In this document: positions 39,791 through 54,162 of the stretch, piece after piece
How positions within the stretch are numbered: position 1 is the stretch's first letter
How the letters are laid out: each line of letters begins with the position of its first letter
Source: Octopus vulgaris
Taxonomy: Eukaryota
Assembly: GCA_951406725.2 (NCBI GenBank)
Contig: OX597819.1
Span: 39,742,001-39,806,000, forward strand
Direction of reading: 5' to 3'
Length of the DNA: 64,000 nt
Notes under the pieces: model-generated
Databases searched by the model: none
What the model was told of the DNA's origin: nothing
The model's input: only the letters and a program-made list of their open reading frames with translations
Made by a program: the position numbers and the translations under genes

Positions 39791-40137
39791 TAATGCTTTT
39801 CTTCAGCCCCTTTTAACCCTCCATAACATTTGTATTCTCTATCATTTGCATTCTGTGTAAATCGGACCATTTTGTATGTAAACATTTATACATTTTTTTG
39901 TATTTCATGTATAAATATAATAAAACTTTATATAGTGATCTCTCTAACTTGCTTATCCCTACATTTCTTTCTATACCTGCCCAAGTTTAATTCACTATTA
40001 AGTGTATTCTATACAGAGAATATCTGATTCTCATCTATGAACTATATATATATATATGTACATACATAATTATAAAGTTTCCTTCAGAAAAGCATAGAAA
40101 GCATGGAAGTGCTCGAGTCAACCCCGAGTCGCTAGAC

Positions 40138-40902
40138 AAGTACAAGAGATACAGAGAAGAAGTTCAACACAGGCAGACTACGATTAGTATATACATATAC
40201 GGTTTTAATATGAAAGAGTTTTCTAAAACATATATTAATACATTCGGAATATAAAGATATAGAAATATAAAAATCTATGAACTTTAAAAATATGCAAGGA
40301 CAAACAAATATATAGATATAAAAACATAAAGTATAGATTAAAATATAGATAAGAATAATGAAATATGGAAAGACATTTCTTTAAATAGATGTTTAAAAGA
40401 TAGTTTTCGGTGCCATATTTAAAGGAAATGTAGTATTCCGTCGATCGTTTCTAGAGTTCATCCAAAAAGTACATGTGAATCGTAATTCACATGTACTCTT
40501 AATTCACATGTACTCTTTGAATGAACTCTCGAATCGATCGCCGGAATAATTCATTTCCTTTAAATATGGTACCAAAATCTCTTTTTAAACATGTATTACT
40601 TTTTAAACATCTATTACTCCCTCCATTCCATAATTTAATTTGAATTTTTAAAAGAAATGTCTTTCTTTATTTCATTATTCTTATCTATATTTCTATCTAT
40701 ACTCGATTATGTTTATATATCTATATATTTATTAATCCTTGCATATTTTTAACATTCATATGGTTTTAAATTTCTGTATCTTTATATTCCGAATGTATTA
40801 ATATATGTTTAAGACAACTTTATCATATTAAATCCGTATATATATATATACACTAATCGTAGTCTGCCTGAGTTGAACTTCTTCTATGTGTCTCTTGTAC
40901 TT
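40138..40902. repeat. Large diverged fold-back (arms ~340 and ~420 bp, 4-nt loop at 40481-40484)
   Basis: aagtacaagagatacagagaagaagttcaacacaggcagactacgattag pairs with ctaatcgtagtctgcctgagttgaacttcttctatgtgtctcttgtactt. Centre gtacatgtgaat-cgta-attcacatgtac. Confidence 0.9.
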
Positions 40903-41124
40903 TTATATACATATATATATATATATATATATCAATAAACATGTTTCTAAATCTCTGTGTTTCTATAGGATAGAAAAAGAGATTATAAAACATCGGATTA
41001 GGTGAGAAAAGTCTTCCCTCATTCTGAACGCTAAAGTATTACTCTTCATAGACTTTCAGAACGGTGTTAATCAGCATGGATAAGAGCCCATCTTTTATTC
41101 CATACTTTATCTCTTCTTTATTCA

Positions 41125-41690
41125 AGATGCAACAACAACCACGCCTACCGCCAACACTTCCTTGCCATCGTTGTTCCCGCCTGTTTCACGCGGGGATTGA
41201 CCTTTCAAGTCACCAACGACAGCAACATAGAAGAAATACTCAAACAGGAAGAAGTGTCTTGGGCACGTCAAGCGGCTTACGACCATGATATTCGTCTGCA
41301 TGTCGTACAAAACGCCTAATAATCATATATTGGCTATTCGAAATACTGTTCCAATTTCGTTTTTTGCACTATCCTCGACAGATAGTGATCCCTGTCCAAC
41401 CTCCACCTACTGCCGATCTTCACAAAACGATGGAGGTGGGAGAGATCTGGTCATAGGTTACTAGCTTGGAACTGCAAATGTCGAGGTTATGGAAATAGTA
41501 GCTTCCGGGACCTTGTGTTTTGGCTTCTGCTGAAAACACAGCTAAAAGCACCAACAGAGGGTCTCTACCTTTTCTGCTCCAACGAACAGAAAATCCTCTA
41601 CTGGCTTGTACTTTTCCATGTGTAACACTTGGACATTGTGCGTTACCTCACAAGACTTGAAAATGTGTCCGACCGGCCAAAATAGAATAA
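41125..41690 (+). mobile_element. RTE-like LINE remnants
   Basis: CHRCSRLFHAGIDLSSHQRQQH resembles the C-terminal C2H2 finger of RTE ORFs. Downstream FSMCNTWTL weakly resembles the APE N-terminal (T)WNVRTL motif. Confidence 0.5.
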
Positions 41691-41831
41691 CAACAAAAAA
41701 AAAAAACAACAACAACGAAAACAAAAACAGCGACAACAACAATAATAATAATAGTAACATCAGCAACATATATGACGTGTGTATGTGTGTATGTGTATGT
41801 ATGTATGTGTATGTGTGTATGTGTATGTATG

Positions 41832-41917
<86 letters not shown>

Positions 41918-42263
41918 TTTTGTACGTATATATATATATACATAAGCTGTGAAGCTACAAAACTGATCAATGGCCTAGAATTTCACTTAAGTCACTTGCG
42001 TTGAACTAATATAGTAAGAGAATATCAACTTTATATATACCTGAACACTAGCTTGGTAACTACTTTTCACAAAACACTACCCTTTTCCAACACTTACGTA
42101 CATATATTCCACACACACACACACATACACACACACACATATATATATACACATACATACATAGATATATATATATTCACATACATACATAGATATATAT
42201 ATTCACATACATACATACATACATACATACATACATACATACATACATACATACATACATACA

Positions 42264-42294
<31 letters not shown>

Positions 42295-42414
42295 GTGATG
42301 CTTTTGCAGTTTTAATAAAGCGTATTACTATATCTCCGGTATTCGAGTTCTATTTTTTCCACCTTGCTTCACATTTATGTGCTTATTCTGGTGTTTGTGT
42401 GTGTGTGTGTGTGT

Positions 42415-42499
<85 letters not shown>

Positions 42500-43293
42500 T
42501 GTGTGTAATATATGTAATCTATTCCATCATGTTCACGCAGACCATACCCTGCCTCTGGTGAGGGACTTTATTAGAAGTGCTGCTGGACAAAGACAATTAT
42601 ACCTTATAAAAGTACATTTGAACCCCAGAAAAGAATCAACGATTATCTAGTCATATGCGGAACTTTGAACTTCTGGGTTGGTCTCCGATGCGCTGTGTAA
42701 CTACTGGGAGTAAGACATTCCTTTGCAAATTTACGTTATAGTGTATTTATAGTAAAGTGTTACTCTGTTTATAAAATCCGTGATATGAAATTTTTTGCTT
42801 TGATGAAGACAGTCCTTGCAATATTATGCTGACGGTTTTAGACTCAAATTTCGTACATACGATCAGTGATAGTCATATTGGTTTAACGAGTGGACAACCA
42901 TTATATATATATACTTATCGTTTCGAAGGTGTCATTTCCTATGTAATGAGATGCTTTTCGAAATAAACATAGACTTCATTTTAAAGGCTTCGAGGAAGCT
43001 ATAAGATTATGCACAAGCGCTCAGCTTTGAGCGCATTGGTTCTTATAGCAGAATCAACTGTAAGCTAATGGAGTTGAATGCGTAATTTCTGTTCCCTTGT
43101 CATTCAATTAATTCATATTACGCCCTGTACTCACCGATCGCTTTATTCTGAAGCATACGCGTATTGAGTTCTAACTCCAAGTAGCGCCATGCTTCAGTGA
43201 AATTATAATACACCATACACACACTCGCACAAACTCACACTCACTCATCTCTGTCTATTTCTCTTTCTCTCACTCGCTCTCTCTCTCTCTCTT

Positions 43294-43324
<31 letters not shown>

Positions 43325-43378
43325 TGGATATATATTATCCCATGGTGGGTTGAATTTTCAACCCCTATCTCATATAAC

Positions 43379-43447
<69 letters not shown>

Positions 43448-43460
43448 ATATATTTATATA

Positions 43461-43633
43461 TCAAAGCGACGGAAATATTTTGATACAAATTAAATTTAAA
43501 TGTTGAAGTGTATCTAACGGTTTTATGAGTTTTTAAATGGCTTAGGCTTATAAACACACCTTCCACGCTGCAATTGTTTTTGTTTCAGCACACGATCTCA
43601 GATCAAGTCACTTGATATGCTAGTACATCTCCG
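43461..43633 (+). mobile_element. 5'-truncated copy of the G3-C8 Penelope-like family
   Basis: Begins inside stem II (aaagcgacggaaatattttga). Aligns with 50303-50406 and with the reverse complement of 50082-50140. Confidence 0.75.
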
Positions 43634-43684
<51 letters not shown>

Positions 43685-43738
43685 CATACATACATACATA
43701 CATACATACATACATACATACATACATACATACATACA

Positions 43739-43769
<31 letters not shown>

Positions 43770-44109
43770 GCAGACAGAAAGGGAAAGAAAAAGAGAGAGC
43801 TAGTCTCAAGTGAAAAAAGTAAGGACCACTCAATATCCGGGGTCGATAAAATAAAATATACCAGTGAAACTAGGGAAACGATGGTAAAGAATACTTTTTC
43901 ACCCCCATAAAATGTCTGGCCTTGTGCCAAAATTTGAAGCCAATATTTAGAACAGAGTCGGGTATTTACAATTATAGTGTTTCAGATAAACTCCAACGAA
44001 GACTTGTGTTGTACTGGTTCAAACCTATGCTCCCAAAAGGCTTAAAATATTCACCTAACCTCAACAACTTCACGTACAAAGAAAGTGGCTCAGGTTTCGT
44101 CTTATTCCT

Positions 44110-44342
44110 GGTAGGAATTAGTGGGTAGCTGGTTACTACCTGCAACCCAAGGTAACCACAAGTTTTCAGCAGTCTTTCAAATGCTTAGAGCCCTCCTGGT
44201 AATCCATGCTGTCGCTAAGAGACAACCTTTCTGTAGGAGCCTTACCGGGCACTCTATTTCAATCTCCTTCAGCTGTTTGTCGATATCTTTGCTTACTGTT
44301 CCCAACGCACCAATTATCATAGGCACGACATTTACTGTTCGC
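44110..44342 (-). mobile_element. R4/Dong-like LINE extreme 3' fragment abutting (TAA)n
   Basis: Minus-strand translation RTVNVVPMIIGALGTVSKDIDKQLKEIEIECPVRLLQKGCLLATAWITRRALSI*. It directly adjoins (AAT)n at 44347-44423. Confidence 0.8.
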
Positions 44343-44343
44343 A

Positions 44344-44427
<84 letters not shown>

Positions 44428-44564
44428 TAATTTTTTTTAAAGTCTAATAATTATTTTGTCGGTCTCTTTTTGCCAAAATCGATTAGCAACGGGAATGCTA
44501 GTAAACCTAAACCTGTTGTCGAACGTTGACAGCAAATTAAAAAGCATATCGCATTCATACATGC

Positions 44565-44619
<55 letters not shown>

Positions 44620-44777
44620 TGTGTGTGTGTGTGTATGTATATATATGTACGTATGTATATGTATATATATATATATATGTATGCATATATATATATGTAT
44701 ATATATGTATGTATATGTATATGTATATATGTATATATGTATATATATATGTATATATATGTATATATATATATGTA

Positions 44778-44823
<46 letters not shown>

Positions 44824-44867
44824 TAAATACATACATATATAGCGAGAGAGATACACACCAAACATAA

Positions 44868-44940
<73 letters not shown>

Positions 44941-46649
44941 TAGATGTGTACTTACATATATACACACTTACACATGAGGGCATATATGTATAAATGTGAA
45001 ATGTGTATGCGTAATGTGTGCATATGTGCGAGTTTGTAATTGACGTGTTTGTTTACATATGCGAATGTGCACGTGTGTGTCTGTGTGTGTGTGTGTTTAT
45101 GTATTTCATGATATTAATATAATATTATATTATACTATATAGCACATTTTCCAAAGCGCAAATCAGTGGCTCAATGCATTTCCTGAGAACTAAAACGAGA
45201 AAGGAGAGTCTATAACACGATGTAGAACAGAAATATTAGGAGGGATTGCATTATTATTGGCATCTGAATTGGATAGTTCGATACCTCACAGTGATCAGGA
45301 CAATCTGAAAATTTCCGGTCTAGGGTGAAACCACTGCTCACTATGAGATTTTGCACCTCCCAATCTCGATGATTAATTTTTACTCTATATATGTACTGAA
45401 TTCTGTTGTTCTTAACCTTTTGTCTATCCTGTGTATCATATGTGATACACAAGACATATATCCCTGGCATCCGTACATCGTATATGATATACATTCTCCA
45501 TTTGTTTCCGACCACTTATAAAACCTGGGCTAACTAAAAGTCTGAAAACGTCTGAAAACATCGAGATTGGGAGCTGAAAACGTTTAGGAGAAACTTATTA
45601 ACAAGCTTCGGACAAGCAAAAGGGCTAATGTTATTAGTACATATTACATTTTAATTGCTGTATGTGTGCGTGTGCGCATATGTGCGTAAGATAAAGGGTG
45701 GTTAAGAAACCTAAGATAAATTTAATGTAGTTAAATCTACCGCATTAGAAAAATCTTTCGCTATGATATTTTCAACAAAAGTAAATATACCTTGTTATTC
45801 TCTTTGCACACAGAGAAATAGAGGAGATTGTCCTGATGTGTTTCATGATTCGTTGACCGTTTCATCAAAAGACAAATATCCCTCAATCTCAGTTCAACAA
45901 CAGATCTTATAATTTAACGCTATTTAAAGCATGAAACACAAATCAGAACTTAGCTTATTTACATATCACGCGTTAGTTAGCTGCATGACCAAGCAATAAA
46001 TAAATATTTTAAGCTCAGCTTAGCGTGAATTAGAAACCTAAGTTGAATTTAAAATACTACAACGGTTTTCTTATAGACGTCTCTATGAAACTTTAAACCT
46101 GTGTGGATACACCTTGTTAATATGTAGTTACAGCTGTTTAAATATCCTTTAATGTAATAGACCCTACTGTTTGAATGCTGTTTTTCCTTTTCAACCTATC
46201 CCGTAGGAATAGCTTGAGCTACCTTCGATGGGATTTTACAAATATACACGCATATATAACCAGCAAAATATAAAGTGAAAATACATATATACATATATAA
46301 AACACGCGTACATGATACATATATAAATATACATATACTAATACACACACACGCACATATGTTGTTTAATAAAGGTTTCGACCGGAAGTATGTCCCTGTA
46401 AATACTTACCTATCAACTTATCTCCCCAAATATTTGCTTTCTACTTCACTAAAGATCTACCAGCTTATTTTCAAACATAACCCGATAGGTATTCCACAAA
46501 GGGTCTACCTATATACCTACCTAGATTTGTTTCGAGTTTTTATTTCTTCGAAAAACTATACATTGTACTAATTAATGTATCCTTGTTAGTACACACATTT
46601 CGATGAAATCGAATATATCTACATATATATACACACACGCATACATACA

Positions 46650-46710
<61 letters not shown>

Positions 46711-46715
46711 ATATA

Positions 46716-46875
46716 TACGACGGGCTTCTTTCAGTTTCCGTCTACCAAATCCATTCACAAGGCTTTGGTCGGCTCGATGCTAAGTAGAAGACAACTGCCC
46801 AAGGTGCCACGCACTGAGACTGAACCTGGAACCATGTGGTTGGCAAGCCAGCTACTTACCACATAGCCAGTCCTA
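46716..46875 (-). mobile_element. SINE family 1, 5' half
   Basis: Matches 1286-1437. Confidence 0.8.
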
Positions 46876-46885
46876 TATATGTGTA

Positions 46886-46936
<51 letters not shown>

Positions 46937-47866
46937 GTGTATATATATATATAGGTATGGTGATGCAAAAAACAGAACTAGAACTCAAAATATGAGTATA
47001 TGCATATTTTTATAATCTAGTAGATGCAACAGAGTGCCAACGTACGAAACTCTCGGCTCTTGAGTCGCTCTCTTCCTTCTACTAAATATAAAATAGAGTT
47101 AACGACATCCTCTGTCTAAAAACACTACAATTGTTTCGATACATTCTTACATGTTTAGTACATTGGGGACTGTTGGGTATTCATTGTCTTACATGCAAGG
47201 TATAATAAGCGCCTCCTCGGGTGATTATCTAAATAAGTCCTTCGTTAGATTACCTTGCCATTTCACTCAGTGTGATAATGCTTACCCAAAATGATGTGCA
47301 GAAGATCATAGGCTGTTTAAGCGATAGTATATTTATTTTCGTTTATTTTTAATACTATTGTCAACTACGAACCGACCAGGTTGTTGACGCTCTTCCGATG
47401 CATGTCTTGAATAATAGTTAGTGGCATGATTTTATAAGCCTCGTCTATTTTCCCTCTCTCTTTCTTTCTTTTGTTCCTCAGATGTTTGTCATATATTTAT
47501 GAGTTACATTCAACTTTAATCCTGTCAGTTTAAAATAAAATGTAACTTATTTATTGATCAATTGTCTGTTTGTATGAGAGTTGATCCCCGCCGCCTTTTT
47601 TCCCTTTAAACTTTCTACTTGTGGGTCAGCTGTAATGTTGATGTTATCTGAACTTTAGAGATATTGGTCTTTAGACATCTTGAGATTACATTTCTCTTTT
47701 GTTTCTTCTCTATGTGAATTATATTCTATTGTATTACATGTGGAAATTATTAACATTGATTTTTGTAGACAGTATTTATCAAAAGTAGTCATTCCCTCCA
47801 CTGACAGACTTTTCAAAGGTTCTGGAGACGTCGTTCACTATGGATTTACTTATAGGTCGTAATATA

Positions 47867-48083
47867 CGAGGAATGCTGAAAATTTCCCAGCTTTTAAGGG
47901 TATCGCAAGAGGCCTGGTTTTGAGCCCCAACCTACTAGATCTTTTATAGAGCTCAGAAAAATTGAAGGACCACTACAATGAATATGTAAACCTGAGAGGG
48001 GAATATATTGAATAAAATCATAATTAACTGATCCTCCTGTATTTTCTTTTACCCAAAGCCAGGGAATTTTCGGCAACCCCGCG
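47867..48083. mobile_element. Tc1/mariner-like MITE
   Basis: TA|CGAGGAATGCTGAAAATTTCCC ... GGGAATTTTCGGCAACCCCGCG|TA. The internal sequence is shared with 9311-9465 and 57428-57623. Confidence 0.75.
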
Positions 48084-48595
48084 TAGTTAAACAGTTCAAT
48101 GAGCATTGGCTTAGCTATACTGAAATGAAATATACTCCTATATTTTACCATTTTGCCCAAGACAAACTCAGGAATTCAATAAAAAGGCCATGTAGACATG
48201 ATATTTACAAGTCCTTGTGACTACTGTGTTAATATAAGTAACTGAATAAGCTTGTATAGTAAGTACGAGCCCAGATTTACCATTGGTCCGAATGGGGTAA
48301 CAGTTTTGCGCTATTTTTAAGAACTGTATATATTTCTTGCCAAGATCTGTTTCACATTGTGCTTGTATGTATGCTTATGCGTATGTATGTATGTATGTAT
48401 GCGTATGCGTATGTATGTATGTATGTATGTATGTATGTATGTATGTATGTAGGTAGGTAGGTAGGTAGGTATGTGTGTGTATGTATACGTATGTATATGC
48501 ATATATGTAAGTGAAGGCGGTTCTTAACTTATAGCTATTACGGGCAAGGTCATTCTTGCCGGGCGACGCCTTCATGCCCAGAGAATGTTGAAATG

Positions 48596-48628
<33 letters not shown>

Positions 48629-48707
48629 AGTTTATGTATGAATGCATATATATATATATACATATATACATATACATATGTATTCATGCATACATACGTA
48701 CATACAC

Positions 48708-48769
<62 letters not shown>

Positions 48770-49159
48770 GTATGTATATGTTTATTGTACATTTCTTTAT
48801 ATATTTAATTTACCGTTCAAACTTGTTTTGGGCAATTGTTTGTACGGAGAGCTTATGTATATCTACGTATGTGTATGTATATCTATGTATATCTTAGGTA
48901 TGTGCGTGCGTACATCTATGTTTGTATGTGAGTGGTCGTATGTCAGTGTGTGGTTGTATGTGGCTGTATAGTTGTATGTCATTGTGTAGATAAGTGTGAG
49001 CGTGTAGCTGTATGTGATTATATATAGTTGTATGTATGCGTGAGAATTTAGGAGTGGCTCGGAACTAAACACTTTCAGTATTATGTCCTGTTGCACCAAT
49101 AAAGGCGCGTCCACTCGCAATGACATATCTACTGTATACTGCATTCACTCTATCGCTCG

Positions 49160-49214
<55 letters not shown>

Positions 49215-49308
49215 GCGCGCGCACAAACGCACATACGCACATCTAAATATTTGTACGTATGTATATGTATATATGTGTGTATATATATATATATATGTAT
49301 ATATATAT

Positions 49309-49441
<133 letters not shown>

Positions 49442-50081
49442 CATACATACATATATGCGCTGCGCACACAGACACAAACACACATACATACAAACACAAA
49501 CACGCACTACATTTACACACAATTACACATTCATTTTGTCATGTAACCATTTAAGTTGTATTTATAAATAGAATTGTCAATGACTTCAAATACATGTGGA
49601 ACCGGTAATAGCTAAAGGACAGTTTCACTTGATATGCAGGAGCCCCCTACGTAGCCGTTCGACCTGCTAGAAAGAGCCGACAAGTATTCCTCATATTACA
49701 CCATATTCTCCAAAGAAATCCAAGATGATTTTGAGGACGATACTCCATCTACATCGCAGATATACTACATCTGCAAATAAATAAGATGGTCATGACCATA
49801 GCTTAAACGTCTATGACAAAAGTCTCAAAATTGTTTTGTTCTATGAGAACCTAAAGTTTTATGAGAGCTGAACTGGAACTAACAGCATCAGCAACGGCAT
49901 AAACAGAACATTTGATTTATACTGATTCATATCCAGATTCGATGCCTCCAGCTTTATTGTGAAGGGGATTTTGATTAGTGTATTCGTTCTCCAAGTGAAT
50001 GGCGTGTACAGTACGAAATAGTTTCCACATTAAAGGCCCAAAATGAAGAATGTTCGTAAATTTTGGGAACAATAAATATCT

Positions 50082-50406
50082 CGGAGATGTACTTGCATAG
50101 CAAATGACCTGATCTGAGATCGTGTGCTGAAACGAAAACAATTGCAGCGTGGAAGGTGTTTGTAAGCCATTTAAGAAACACACAAAAGCCTTTCGATTCA
50201 CTTCTACATTTAAGTTTAATTTGTCAAAATATTTTCGTCGCTTTAAGACCGCGACCTGTTCACTGCAGCACGGATTTTTGTCAGTGAACAGGTCGCGGTC
50301 TTAAAGCGACGAAAATATTTTGACAAATTAAACTTAAATGTAGAAGTGAATCGAACGGCTTTTGTGTGTTTCTTAAATGGCTTACAAACACCTTCCACGC
50401 TGCAAT
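50082..50406. mobile_element. Young Penelope-like fold-back (arms 50141-50265 and 50282-50406)
   Basis: ~125-bp arms that differ at about one position, with a 16-nt spacer. The left arm continues to 50082, matching 43575-43633 in reverse. Confidence 0.85.
50277..50327 (+). ncRNA. Minimal type-I hammerhead ribozyme motif with a swapped G3-C8 core
   Basis: TTTGTCA-GTGAACA-G-GTCGC ggtcttaaa GCGAC-GAAA-ATAT-TT-TGACAAA. It has a 7-bp stem I, a 5-bp stem II and a palindromic AATATT stem III. Confidence 0.72.
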
Positions 50407-50417
50407 AAATATCTCTC

Positions 50418-50800
50418 TGTGGAAGCACTCCGTCGGTTACGACGATGAGGGTTCCGGTTGATCCTATCAACGGAACAGCCTGCTCGTGAAATTAACGTGT
50501 AAGTGGCTGAGCACTCCACAGACACGTGTACCCTTAACGTAGTTCTCGGGGATATTCAGCGTGACACAGAGAGTAACAAGGCCGGCCCTTTGAAATACAG
50601 GTACAACAGAAACAGGAAGTAAGAGTGAGAGAAAGTTGTGGTGAAAGTGTACAGCAGGGATCACCACCATCCCTGCCGGAGCCTCGTGGAGCTTTAGGTG
50701 TTTTCGCTCAATAAACACTCACAACGCCCGGTCTGGGAATCGAAACCGCGATCCTACGACCGCGAGTCCGCTGCCCTAACCACTGGGCCATTGCGCCTCC
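50418..50800 (-). mobile_element. SINE family 3, tail type D (longest copy)
   Basis: Family-3 head and body with a distinct tail (gtggaagcactccgtcggttacgacgatgagggttccgg... on the + strand). Confidence 0.85.
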
Positions 50801-51774
50801 AGATCTCTCTCTGTATATCTTAGGTTGCCACATAGAATTTATAATCTTCTGTTGACTATTTTGGACTCAGAGCGTTTGAAATCAGGTCGCTCAAATTTAT
50901 ACCGATTATCTAAAATTTTCAAATCTGTATGCTCAGTTCTCTTTCAAACAACTTAAATTTCAAAATAAAGCACCCAAACTTCTGTTGAAAATCTATAGTT
51001 TAAAAACAAGCTCTCAAACCACTGCTACATATCTCCTTTTCTATAATCCCTTAATTTCTCAATGCATATCTAAAATTTGAAAGCAAAGTACCCAGATAGC
51101 AACTGGCGAGTTTTTTATAGACCTCAGGTTTTTTTCTTAACCTTACCCTTTTCTTTACTATTTAAAAACGCACGAGTAATATAATACTCGTGGTGGGGTG
51201 GCATGATCTGGAGGCTAAAACAATGCGAAGCGCATTGTGACCAGCGATGTGGAGCAACATGTGATAGCCTGGTCGGTCACGATGATATAAATGACAATTT
51301 GACATGTGTTTCAAACATGCATGTAATCAATCAGGCAAGTTTATAAATGACGAGTTTTATCCACATGACATTAATAAAACCAATTTTCATCGGTCAAAGT
51401 TCATATCACATGTTTGAAAGTTATGCAAAATAGAAAATGCTGGCAAGAATACTATAATGTAAAGCAGGGAAATCCAGTCACAGTTTGTAATCATCTACAA
51501 GGGAGCTTACTCAAACATTAACGCTGCGTGATCCATAACATCCAATTTCCACAGTTTTGAGTGTTAGCGGGTCAGAAGTTTTATAAATAGAAATAATTCG
51601 GACCTTCTTTTCGGCAGATATCGCTAGTCATATCTATATATCTGAAACTTCTTAGTTAGGCAAGGTCTATAGGCAATATCTCGTTTTAATGTGAAGTTGT
51701 TTTATCAGTAATATTCTATTTACTCTATCCCACTCTCTCTTTCTATATATGTGTATGTATGTATGTATGTATGT

Positions 51775-51876
<102 letters not shown>

Positions 51877-51901
51877 GTATATATGTATATATATATGTAT
51901 A

Positions 51902-51992
<91 letters not shown>

Positions 51993-52193
51993 GGCCAAAA
52001 GTCACTTGACAGTACAATCAAATCCTTTAATTTCAAGGTTTATTTATGTTTAACACCTGAATGAATTTAATAAAAGCATCTAAATATGAAACATCATGAA
52101 AACTGAAGTCCTTCTTGAGCGACACCATTTTCCCAAATGATTAAATAAAATTGAATATTAAGTATTTATAGGATTTTGATTTAATGTTGGGTG

Positions 52194-52381
<188 letters not shown>

Positions 52382-52561
52382 TGTTTACGTATATATAGAT
52401 ATAAAATAATAACAAAAGATGCACCAAATGACAATTGCTAAAAAGCATTCGTGAGCAACACCGAATGGCGGTGCCCCAGCATGGCCACAGCTCGTGAGCT
52501 GAAACTAGATAAAATGAAATTTAAAAAATTAAAATAAATAGACAAATTTAAAAGATATATA

Positions 52562-52768
52562 TGTGACCGCGTGTGTACCGTTGGCGATTTTTTTCCTCTG
52601 TCTTCCCTTCTCTTGATCTTTCCTTCTCCTATGTTTCCGACGAAGAGCTCCGCTCGAAACGTTAAACCCTCCTTCTTTCCTTCTTTCCTGAGCGTCCAAT
52701 AATACTATATTTGTTCCACGTCCTCGCGTTGTGTTTTCTTCAGTTTTCTTTTGCCTTTTTGTTTGGAT

Positions 52769-52775
<7 letters not shown>
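52562..52775 (+). mobile_element. Short Penelope-like element with a U4C hammerhead-like motif
   Basis: GTTT-CCGACGA-A-GAGC tcc GCTC-GAAAC-GTT-AAAC at 52633-52667. The pyrimidine-rich context resembles family H1, and the element ends at (TA)n. Confidence 0.65.
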
Positions 52776-52839
<64 letters not shown>

Positions 52840-53150
52840 TCTACATGTATATACATATATATTATATAATGCAGATATATATATGTACTAGCTGAAAAGC
52901 TATCCTATCGGGCGACTTTTAAGCTAGCTCTTGTGGGGGCTCTTCATCGGGCTTTGAGCCCAATAATGACACTCATGCATTGAGTACATATTAAATTTTA
53001 TTAAACTTGACCAATATTTTCCAAGCAATGAACAATTTGCATCTAAACAATGATATAATATGTGGACTTGGAACTCATCGCAAAGCTTCATGATAAACAA
53101 CCATTTTTGTCCTCTCATTCGGGGGTCAGTACAGTTTTTTCTTCTGTCTA

Positions 53151-53198
<48 letters not shown>

Positions 53199-53623
53199 TT
53201 CTGTTGATTGTTTTCAACCATCACCATCACCAGCACCACCACCATCGCCACCACAACTGCCATACACGCCATTCAGATTCTTACGCCACCAACAACAACA
53301 CCTTTGACTTCGCTGCCTTTCCCTCCATTACCATCACCAATGTCTTTCACGTCCCTTACTACCACCGTCATGCTTGACCGCCTCAGCTACCACCACCACC
53401 ACCACCACCACCATCATCCTCGTCGCCGCCGCCTCTATCACAACTGCAGCTCATACTATCACTATCACCCCATTACCATCTCAAGTGTCAATCTGCCACT
53501 GCCCTCACCTTTTCTATACCTACTATTACTCTCACCTCAGCAAGAGGAGTAGAAGAAGAGTTACTGAATAATGAGAGAGGGAGTCAAAGTCTGTCACAGT
53601 GACATACAGAAATTTGTTTTGGC

Positions 53624-53657
<34 letters not shown>

Positions 53658-53700
53658 TATATATATATATATATATATAATATACATATACATCTATATA

Positions 53701-53900
53701 TCACACGTGACCGACCAGTCCACCAGATGTAGTTACACATCGCTGGTCACAATGCGCTTCGCATTGTTTTAGCCTTCGAATGACGCCACCCCGCTGGCTA
53801 AGCGAGCAGGCCGACAGAAGAAAGAGTGGTCTGGGAATCGAAACCGCGATCCTACGACCGCGAGTCCGCTGCCCTAACCACTAGGCCATTGCACCTCCAC
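53701..53900 (-). mobile_element. SINE family 3, tail type C, internally deleted
   Basis: The head is joined directly to tail C (gaaagagtg|gtctgggaatcgaaacc). Confidence 0.8.
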
Positions 53901-53902
53901 AC

Positions 53903-53984
<82 letters not shown>

Positions 53985-54036
53985 CAATAATAAATCTCTG
54001 AACGAGATGTAAACAGTAACCGCTCGACAACGTAAA

Positions 54037-54162
54037 GTATACTAGCCATCTCAATATGGCTAACCACTAAGGGTGGGTGTTACTGTAGCTTTTAGCCCCA
54101 GGAGATCATCGTCTCCAGCTGGCTTTAGGCACACTTTCTGTGCCCTTATGGTATTTGCGAAG
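54037..54162. other. Multi-stem structured repeat element, copy B
   Basis: Stems TAGCCAT/ATGGCTA, AGCC..GGCT enclosing GGAGA/TCTCC, and GGCACA/TGTGCC. Homologous to 31445-31568. Confidence 0.55.

Noticed and set aside
45349-45580. 15-bp inverted pair ctcccaatctcgatg/catcgagattgggag as MITE TIRs
   Set aside because: It is a single short pair with no TSD and no second copy in the window.
45830-45875. Minus-strand TTGATGA...GAAAC with a 5-bp stem I
   Set aside because: There is no valid stem II and no palindromic stem III.
50725-50800. tRNA-Arg gene (also the heads at 25840-25916 and 28825-28902)
   Set aside because: The tRNA-like head runs into a shared SINE body with no proper acceptor stem or terminator. 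It is a SINE, not a tRNA gene.
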